Source: a virus. From it: 6,869 nucleotides of DNA. A program made the translations under genes and the position numbers. Positions 1 through 5,498 of the stretch are shown in pieces; positions within the stretch are counted from its first letter, which is position 1; the number at the start of each line of letters is the position of its first letter. The notes under the pieces were generated by a model. The model searched no databases, was not told where the DNA came from, and worked only from the letters and a program-made list of their open reading frames with translations. The stretch is from positions 1-6,869 of IMG/VR virus record IMGVR_UViG_3300028591_002019; one strand, written 5' to 3'.

Positions 1-213
1 ATCAAGAATTTCTTTTTCTCCTTTATATTTACTAAAAATATCAATTGTGATGGTAATTGCGTCCGTGCGGGTATCAAAAGCATCTGCTCTATTATGTCCG
101 CTTAAACGAGCCATCAGCCAAGGAAAATTCTCTACATAAGCCCCGTTATCAGTAATATTATAGCCTAATCCTCTAACCAGGCTACATAAATCAGTTTTTA
201 TTTTCTAAACCAT
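1..213 (-). CDS. Tail-completion / neck protein, DUF3168-like (N-terminal 71 codons; C-terminus lies beyond the window start). Carries an in-frame TAG at codon 3.
   Basis: ATG at 211..213 is preceded by SD GGAGGA (219..224) with a 5-nt spacer. The frame is open down to base 1 except for TAG at 205..207. Translation: MV[TAG]KIKTDLCSLVRGLGYNITDNGAYVENFPWLMARLSGHNRADAFDTRTDAITITIDIFSKYKGEKEILD. From memory, the pattern and the position after a gp10-like gene fit DUF3168/SPP1 gp17-type tail-completion proteins. The start overlaps the preceding ORF by 23 nt. Confidence 0.6.
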
Positions 214-367
214 AAGGGTCCTCCACTAATACATAATTATCTATATTATCAAAACGAGAAAGATACAAATACTTTGCGTATAAGTGTTCTCCTTCTTTTG
301 GAGTAGCATAATCATAAACAAACCCATTTGGGGCAATATAGGTTGTCATTTTTTTATTTAAAGCCAT
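191..367 (-). CDS. Hypothetical small protein, 58 aa
   Basis: ATG at 365..367 is preceded by SD GGAGG (375..379) with a 7-nt spacer. The stop is TGA at 191..193. Translation: MALNKKMTTYIAPNGFVYDYATPKEGEHLYAKYLYLSRFDNIDNYVLVEDPYGLENKN. It is below the length cutoff of the ORF track. I recognise no family. Confidence 0.5.
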   Translation of the reverse strand: MALNKKMTTYIAPNGFVYDYATPKEGEHLYAKYLYLSRFDNIDNYVLVEDPYGLENKN

Positions 368-380
368 TATACAACCTCCA

Positions 381-986
381 TTATGTTATTATAACCTAAA
401 TAGAATTACCGCCACCATAATCTCCTGAATAATTTGGAGTAGTATTAATATTAAACAAAGTATCAAAAATGCCATACAACATTACTAAAAGAGGAAATAA
501 TACCAAAAGGGCTAACATTCCTGCTGTCATTCCCAACAAGTCTTCCATAAATCCCCCTTCTTCACCTCCACCCAACGCTAATTGGGCTTCCGCAATAATT
601 GTTTCGCACATTTCTTCTAAAATTTCCTATGCTTCATTTACTGCTTCCTATGCTTCATCTATGAAGGCTTCCAGCCCTTCATTTAGGGCTGGTTCAAAAT
701 AAGGCTACGCAATCATCTTCCAAGTCCCATATTCAACATATTGCGCGTATTCTGCGGTAGCCTCTGCTTCACATTGAAATCCATCATTATCGGCCGAAAT
801 GGTGCTTTGTAAATATCCTGTATCTACTGGAACAAGAGAAGTGGCTATATCTTCAAAAACTTCGCAGAAAGCGTCGCACGCAGAAGAATAATCTACTTCT
901 ACTTCTGCGTGCTCGCCCATTACATCTGCGTCAAGATAAGTAGGTAATCCTAAATCACTTGGGGTGAATGAAACATATAGTCCCAT
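381..986 (-). CDS. HK97-gp10-family neck/tail-component protein with a hydrophobic C-terminal extension, 201 aa when four in-frame TAGs are read through
   Basis: ATG at 984..986 is preceded by AAGAGGTGA and a 6-nt spacer. Track ORFs 705..986 and 396..611 lie in the same frame and are joined by TAG codons at 705..707, 648..650 and 627..629. A fourth TAG at 396..398 is followed five codons later by TAA at 381..383. The motifs VPVDTGYLQSTI and YAQYVEYGTWKMIA[TAG]PYFEPAL match the HK97 gp10-like family signature as I recall it (vPvdTG.L..si ... YA.yVEfGT.kM.AQPf..PA). The C-terminal part contains one TM-like stretch, LLGMTAGMLALLVLFPLLVMLYGIF. Confidence 0.75.
624..658 (-). repeat. 14-nt direct repeat at 21-nt spacing (ttcctatgcttcat at 624..637 and 645..658); each copy carries an in-frame TAG
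   Basis: The two copies are exact matches read directly from the sequence. On the coding strand each copy reads ATGAAGCATAGGAA, so both encode the in-frame core EA[TAG]E (copy at 624..637 within NEA[TAG]EI, copy at 645..658 within DEA[TAG]EA). Confidence 0.7.
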
Positions 987-992
987 AGGATT

Positions 993-1223
993 TCACCTCT
1001 TTATTTCTTTTTTTAAATCATCTAAATCATTTTGTAATAAACTGGTTTGTTTTTCCAATTCAAAAGTGCGCTCAATTACTTGGTTATGTAAATTAACCTT
1101 TTTTTCTAACTGTTCTAATCTATATGCTATTAGTGCTTGATTTTTGTTATTAGAAAGAAAATTGCCAATTAATGAACCTATAAAGGTTATAATTGCTACA
1201 ATAATTGTTTCTGTTATCGCCAT
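993..1223 (-). CDS. Small membrane-anchored coiled-coil protein, 76 aa (BhlA/XhlA-like architecture; function uncertain)
   Basis: The preferred start is ATG 1221..1223 (MAITET...), preceded by GAGGT about 9 nt upstream. The track start at 1241 has no SD and overlaps the previous gene. The stop is TGA at 993..995. The N-terminal hydrophobic helix is TIIVAIITFIGSLIGNFL. It is followed by a charged heptad-like region, LEQLEKKVNLHNQVIERTFELEKQTSLLQNDLDDLKKEIKR. Confidence 0.65.
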   Translation of the reverse strand: MAITETIIVAIITFIGSLIGNFLSNNKNQALIAYRLEQLEKKVNLHNQVIERTFELEKQTSLLQNDLDDLKKEIKR

Positions 1224-1230
1224 ATCTTTA

Positions 1231-1767
1231 TTACCTCGCATTAAAACAATTTACATAATAACCAGCGGGGTCCAAAGATGTCCCCGTATTAGGCCCAATT
1301 ATATACCCACTAACATCACTTGTTAAAACAACAGAAAATTTTCCTGCGTCTTTTTTTGTAATACTAACAGTAATAGCAGGAGCATCAGAACTATTGCCGC
1401 CACGCTTTACCGTAGTAGTTCCATTGTCATAGGTAACAAAATAATATTTTATACTGCTGCTATTAGAAGGAATAGAAGTCAAGCAAGACATAAAAGTTAA
1501 ATAAAACTTTTCGGTAGGAGCATTATTAAGTGTCAAAGTAAGTGTTCTATTAATTTGTTTATAAATATAACCACCAGAAGCACCAACACCAGTGCCTCCA
1601 TAGCCCCAACCAGTCCAATAAGTATCTCTTTCAGTTCCTCCAACTGAAATACTATCTACCGCAGTAGCCATTTCTGCTACAGTCATTGTTCCACTTCCGC
1701 CGGTCTTTGTGCGGATAGCATTACCAAGAGCAGTTAAATCAGCAGTGTTTTCTAAACTATACGCCAT
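1231..1767 (-). CDS. Fibre-associated / putative distal receptor-binding protein, 178 aa
   Basis: ATG at 1765..1767 overlaps the upstream TAA (TAATG junction) and is preceded by AGGGGGGAG. The stop is TAA at 1231..1233. The track start at 1800 is a TTG lying inside the upstream fibre gene. The N-terminal motif LTALGNAIRTKTGGSGTMTVAEMATAV is one I recall from fibre-module proteins of Firmicutes phages. The remainder is Gly/Thr/Ser-rich and looks beta-type. Confidence 0.75.
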   Translation of the reverse strand: MAYSLENTADLTALGNAIRTKTGGSGTMTVAEMATAVDSISVGGTERDTYWTGWGYGGTGVGASGGYIYKQINRTLTLTLNNAPTEKFYLTFMSCLTSIPSNSSSIKYYFVTYDNGTTTVKRGGNSSDAPAITVSITKKDAGKFSVVLTSDVSGYIIGPNTGTSLDPAGYYVNCFNAR

Positions 1768-3347
1768 TAATAACTCCCCCCTACTGTAATTTCTTCCCAA
1801 GTGTAAGTAGCGTTATTTACGCCTTTAACACATTTTAGCATATAAGTGCCCGCAGTTTCAGGAGCAGCGGGTAATCCTGTAAGAGTAGAACTAATTTCAT
1901 TATTGGCATCAATATTAATACCTGCGCCCGCAGTATAAGTTGCGCCTCCGCCAGAGCCACTAATAACTCCATTGCTATCAATAGTAATCGTGCTACCATC
2001 TACCTTAACTCCGCCAAGAGTTGAAGTAGAAGCAACTGGAAGTTTATCTGGGGTTAAAATTGAACTATATTGAATTTGTCCTCGGGTTTGTGTGCCGTCT
2101 TCTTCTTCGTGGAAATAACGGATACTATTGCTGGAAAATTCAACCTAATCTCCCATATAATCTTCAAATAAGGGGTCTTCGCTCTCTTCCTCTTCGGTAG
2201 AAATCTGTCTTGTCTTATATTCTGTTAGTTGTAATCCATAAGTAGATAAAGTTGTATTACTGGGAGGACTTATAAAATTTTCAATAGTAATACCCTGACT
2301 TGAACTTATAGATACCTAATCAGCCTTATTATCTGGGTCTTCTGGATGAGTAGTATCAAATCCAAATAATTCTAAACTTCCTGCGGATAAAGAAGTGCCC
2401 GTTACTTCTGCGCCACTTTCAAACAAATCAATTGTTAAACTACCATCAGTAAGCATTGTTTGTCCCTATAACTAAAAAGTTTCTGGCATAGAAGAAGTAA
2501 GAGTAATACTATCAGGCTCTAAACCAGTATGGAGTGTTTCAGTATCAAAATTAACTCCACTACTTGCGACACTAATTTCATTATTCTAATCAATAGTAAT
2601 TCCACTACCAGCGGTATAGGTTGCTCCCCCAGAGGGAAGATTAGCCAAAGCAGTATCTACATAGTTTTCAGTAGCAACCTTACTACCTCCTGCGTTAGCA
2701 GTCGTTAAGCCATTTGCGTCGGTGCTATAACTATTACATCCTACATATAAATTACCGCGTAAATATTCATTACCATCCCAGTCTCTTGTAAAAATATTTT
2801 TACGCTAATTCGCCGCCGTGCCATTACCTACAATGTTCTAAAAAATCATATTGCTATCAATCTCATTACAAAATCCTTCTGCGTGCTAATACGCACTTTT
2901 TGCTACGGTTTTATAACCTTCGGCGTGAGAATAATTTCCTTCGGCATCTCCTGAACCCTCTGCGTGTGAATATTGTCCGTCTGCCGTAGAATTATTTGAA
3001 GCAAAAGAAAACATACCAATCGCACGGCCCTAATTAGTTCCTACTGCGTAATTTCCAATGTTAGATAAATTAAAATCAGTTGCGTAACCTAACATTACTG
3101 ATTTAGTGCCTGCGCCGGCTAACACTCTATCATTTAAATCCCAAGAAACAGTTCTATTATTTTCAGTTAATCCATTAGTAAAAGTATAAGAAGCATTGCT
3201 ACTTAATATACCATCATTATCAACTGTAATTGTTGAGTTATCAGGTTTTACTAAACCAAGAGTTGAAGAGGTAGCCTTGCCAGGAAGGCTACCTTTAATT
3301 AACTCAACTAATTTAGTAAGCCCGACATTATCTAAAAATTTTGCCAT
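1767..3347 (-). CDS. Large tail/neck fibre protein, 526 aa, containing nine in-frame TAG codons
   Basis: ATG at 3345..3347 is preceded by SD GGAGG (3357..3361). I translated the single frame by hand through to TAA at 1767..1769. It has no TAA or TGA in 527 codons. In-frame TAGs are at 3030, 2886, 2838, 2805, 2586, 2472, 2466, 2316 and 2145 (first base of the plus-strand cta). Fibre motifs occur on both sides of the TAGs: LGLVKPDNSTITVDNDGILS; YSHAEG-type repeats; NIVGNGTAAN[TAG]RKNIFTRDWDGNEYLRGNLYVG; GGATYTAGSGITID[TAG]NNEISV and GGGATYTAGAGINIDANNEISS; LGGVKVDGSTITIDSNGVISG; and the C-terminal PAAPETAGTYMLKCVKGVNNATYTWEEI. Confidence 0.85.
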
Positions 3348-3361
3348 ATGGGCTTACCTCC

Positions 3362-4060
3362 TTAAACAGCGCTTGCGTCATTCCAAATTGATGCGACTTC
3401 ACTATTGCTTAACGCAGAAATTGACATTTCTGTATCGCCAATAATCTCCCAAGCGTTATTTACATAAACATATTCAGTATAAACCTAATTAGTTCCTGTG
3501 GTTGCTTTTTCAACTAAATAAATCTTTGAAGAATTACCAGTTTGAGGCAATTCTCTAACAACCTCAAAACTGAATGAACTAATACCACTTAATGCGGTAG
3601 TAATATCTGCCATTGTAGCCACTTTATTACTGGAAGCATCATAAGCAGTATTAAATACTAATGCGTCTTGCTTACCAGCAATAGAAGGATTAATATAATC
3701 ATCAAAATATGTGTCTAAACCTATCGTTTCTCCAGGTTCAGCACTTGGAGATGGGTCGCCTAATTGTATTGACCAGAGTGGGACATACTCAACCCTTAAA
3801 TGGGGAGTAGTTCCCTCTTCACCATAGAAAATAATAGTGGTGTCATCCACAGGGATTTCGCTCCAATCAACAGTAGGGATATCAGCCATTGTTGCTACTT
3901 TATTAGTGCTTGCGTTATATGCGGTATTAAACACTAATGCGTCTTGTTTATCTCTTACATCAGAGGCGTTCGCTTTTTCTGCTAACGCAGTTTTTATAAG
4001 CCCACTATAATATAATAATTGTTCTCCGGTTAAAACTTTACTATAATCTAATTGTGCCAT
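3362..4060 (-). CDS. Fibre protein, 232 aa, with one in-frame TAG at codon 192
   Basis: ATG at 4058..4060 is preceded by SD AAGGAG (4071..4076). Track ORF 3485..4060 ends at TAG 3485..3487. The same frame continues for 40 more codons to TAA at 3362..3364, which sits just upstream of the SD of the next gene. The readthrough sequence is KIYLVEKATTGTN[TAG]VYTEYVYVNNAWEIIGDTEMSISALSNSEVASIWNDASAV. It contains an internal duplicated module, KQDALVFNTAY.AS.NKVATMADI. Confidence 0.85.
3602..3673 (-). repeat. Copy 2 of the diverged 72-nt intragenic repeat encoding KQDALVFNTAYDASSNKVATMADI
   Basis: It matches 3878..3949 at 22 of 24 amino acids, 276 nt apart in the same frame. This looks like module duplication within a fibre shaft. 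Confidence 0.8.
3878..3949 (-). repeat. Copy 1 of the diverged 72-nt intragenic repeat encoding KQDALVFNTAYNASTNKVATMADI
   Basis: See the partner copy at 3602..3673. Confidence 0.8.
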
Positions 4061-4080
4061 ATATTAAAATCTCCTTTTAT

Positions 4081-4485
4081 TTAAGAATTCCAAATAGCGA
4101 GAATATCACTATTTGTTAGATATTGAATATTAGATGAAATCGTTGAACCAACTAAACTAATCCCGTTTCCCGCAGTTAAAGTTTCTTGCTTTTCAGCCAA
4201 TCCTTCATCTACATATTCAATTGTGGCATATTCGCTTAAATCAATATCTCCCGCGCTAATATTCGTCGCAATCTCTTTAATATCTTCGGGAGTAAAATAA
4301 TCTACTCCTTTTTCAGGAGTTTTTCCTTTTAAAGAAGCCAACCATTCAGCCTGCGTTCCAGAGAAGCCATTATCAACAGCAATCTCATAAGCGGTTTTAC
4401 CGGCGGGACCACGGTAAGTAATATTACCTAATGAGAGTTGAACTTCTACGGGATTAATAGCATTTAAAACTTCAATACTTGCCAT
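4081..4485 (-). CDS. Fibre protein, 134 aa
   Basis: ATG at 4483..4485 overlaps the upstream TAA (TAATG junction) and is preceded by GGGGGGAG. The stop is TAA at 4081..4083. It contains GPAGKTAYEIAVDNGFSGTQAEWLASLKG, a motif I recall as very common in phage tail-fibre proteins (sAYEiAv.nGF.Gte.eWL.SLkG). Its C-terminus LTNSDILAIWNS resembles the C-terminus of the next fibre gene. Confidence 0.85.
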   Translation of the reverse strand: MASIEVLNAINPVEVQLSLGNITYRGPAGKTAYEIAVDNGFSGTQAEWLASLKGKTPEKGVDYFTPEDIKEIATNISAGDIDLSEYATIEYVDEGLAEKQETLTAGNGISLVGSTISSNIQYLTNSDILAIWNS

Positions 4486-4814
4486 TAGAATTTCACTCCC
4501 CCCAGAACTTTAAATTTCGCAGGACCTAATACAGTATCTACTCGGCCATCTGCCGTATCAACTTCTACATCATAATAATAATTTCCAACGGGAATATTAG
4601 TATCATTTGTAGTAAGTCTAATGACAGCCTTATTATTTACAAATTCATTAATAACCTTTTGGATACGAGGATTTGTTTTCTCTAATTCATCATTAACAGT
4701 AAAATAAACAGTATCTCCTTCGTCCAATAGGTAATCATCAAAAGAAATAACAAAATCTCCTGTGTCCTTCGCGATAATAGAAATTATTTGAGTGTCGTTA
4801 TCAAATGTTATCAT
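4485..4814 (-). CDS. Beta-rich structural protein, 109 aa (possible Ig-like/BppU_N-like fibre anchor; tentative)
   Basis: ATG at 4812..4814 is preceded by SD GAGGAGG. The stop is TAA at 4485..4487. The pattern GNYYYDVEVDTADGRVDTVLGPAKFKV resembles Ig-like decoration or baseplate-upper-protein N-domains. The function call is weak. Confidence 0.75.
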   Translation of the reverse strand: MITFDNDTQIISIIAKDTGDFVISFDDYLLDEGDTVYFTVNDELEKTNPRIQKVINEFVNNKAVIRLTTNDTNIPVGNYYYDVEVDTADGRVDTVLGPAKFKVLGGVKF

Positions 4815-5130
4815 TTAATTCAACCTCCTCAACAACCTCCATTAAAACGCTGAACCATTCCCTGCCTCTCTTTACCTGGGTCATAAGTTTATATACATCG
4901 CCATTAAAGATGTAGCGGGTATTCACATATTCATCTAATTTAATATCAGTAATAACATTAATTAATTTTTGAGTTGTAACGCCAAATTGCGTAATTTGTT
5001 CGCCCGTTGCGGTAATAGAGCAATGGGCCTTTATTTTTTCGTGAGGTTCTACTTGAACGCCAGAAGAACCTCCTTGTGTATCATCGGTAGGGATGACACG
5101 AATACGCTAAATTAAATCTCGTTTAATCAT
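4801..5130 (-). CDS. Head-closure / head-tail adaptor protein (Phage_H_T_join, SPP1 gp16-like), 109 aa, with an in-frame TAG at codon 8
   Basis: This gene is absent from the ORF track. ATG at 5128..5130 overlaps the upstream TGA (ATGA junction). TAG is at 5107..5109, and the frame then stays open to TGA at 4801..4803. Translation: MIKRDLI[TAG]RIRVIPTDDTQGGSSGVQVEPHEKIKAHCSITATGEQITQFGVTTQKLINVITDIKLDEYVNTRYIFNGDVYKLMTQVKRGREWFSVLMEVVEEVELNDNI. The pattern (RI.vI, DD..GG, a.i.p.sG.E, RI.fnG..Y.i) and the position after the gp6-like gene fit the family. No ATG downstream of the TAG could give a comparable product. Confidence 0.8.
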
Positions 5131-5420
5131 ATCATCTTCACCTTTCTATTCTTATTTAACATCCATCTAACTCTATCGCTGTAAAAACTATCATAAGTCA
5201 TTGAAACGCCAGAAGAAGATTGCTGTGTAGTGCCTTCACTCCCAATGCGGTTGTAGCGCTCAACCACCATACTGATAACCACAGCATCTAACTTTTTATC
5301 GTATTCAGGCAAATTACAATAAGTGTAAGCCTCTTCTTTACACAGAGAAATCAATGTATATAATAATTCATCTTCGGTGTCGTCTTGAATGTTTAGCAAA
5401 AGTTTTAATTTATTTAACAT
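5127..5420 (-). CDS. Head-tail connector protein (gp6-like, DNA-packaging/connector family), 97 aa
   Basis: ATG at 5418..5420 is preceded by SD AAGGAGAG (5426..5433). The stop is TGA at 5127..5129. The N-terminal pattern LKLLLNIQDDTEDELLYTLISLCKEEAYTYCN is typical of gp6-like connectors. The gene lies immediately downstream of the capsid gene. Confidence 0.8.
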   Translation of the reverse strand: MLNKLKLLLNIQDDTEDELLYTLISLCKEEAYTYCNLPEYDKKLDAVVISMVVERYNRIGSEGTTQQSSSGVSMTYDSFYSDRVRWMLNKNRKVKMI

Positions 5421-5437
5421 AATTTCTCTCCTTCGCT

Positions 5438-5478
5438 AAAAAAAATAAGGGCCTACCCACCGAAGTAGGCAGGCCCTT
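5438..5478 (-). terminator. Rho-independent terminator downstream of the major capsid gene
   Basis: The minus-strand RNA would be AAGGGCCUGCCUAC-UUCG-GUGGGUAGGCCCUU followed by A-UUUUUUUU. The stem arms are 5449..5460 and 5465..5476, extendable by two A-U pairs. The stem is 12 bp including two G-U wobbles, with a UUCG tetraloop. The wobbles would be C-A mismatches on the plus-strand transcript, so the hairpin is oriented for the minus strand. Confidence 0.8.
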
Positions 5479-5498
5479 TTATATTAAAACATTATCAA

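Noticed and set aside
191-213. The 23-nt overlap between the 58-aa ORF and the DUF3168-like gene as a programmed frameshift site
   Set aside because: No slippery heptamer or downstream structure is evident. The downstream gene has its own strong SD and ATG, so independent initiation is the simpler explanation.
469-702. Plus-strand ORF, 77 aa
   Set aside because: It lies antisense to the gp10-like coding frame. The translation is low-complexity (Ser/Pro/Asn/Ala-rich) and no SD precedes it. It looks like a shadow ORF of the minus-strand gene.
1224-1241. ATG at 1241 as the start of the TM/coiled-coil protein
   Set aside because: It has no SD upstream and overlaps the end of the previous gene. 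The ATG at 1221..1223 has GAGGT at a suitable distance. This is not fully excluded.
1144-1326. Plus-strand ORF, 60 aa
   Set aside because: It lies antisense across the junction of two minus-strand genes. It has an Ile-rich composition typical of a shadow frame in AT-rich DNA, and no SD.
1768-1800. TTG start at 1800 for the 189-aa track ORF
   Set aside because: These 11 codons lie inside the 3' end of the large fibre gene. The ATG at 1765..1767 has a strong AGGGGGGAG SD and forms a TAATG coupling junction with the upstream stop.
1800-3030. ORF-free stretch interpreted as a decayed pseudogene or non-coding spacer
   Set aside because: All nine interruptions are TAG in a single frame. There are no frameshifts and no TAA or TGA across 527 codons. 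Fibre motifs are intact on both sides of the TAGs, and the same TAG-only pattern recurs in five other genes. Decay would produce mixed stop types and indels.
3196-3444. Plus-strand ORF, 82 aa
   Set aside because: It is antisense to the fibre gene start and the preceding gene end. It has no SD and no recognisable features, and it conflicts with two well-supported minus-strand genes.
191-5129. Possibility that TGA is also recoded (e.g. table 4)
   Set aside because: The four in-frame TGAs that end genes (191, 993, 4801, 5127) are each followed or overlapped by an SD plus ATG of the next gene. No gene requires TGA readthrough for continuity.
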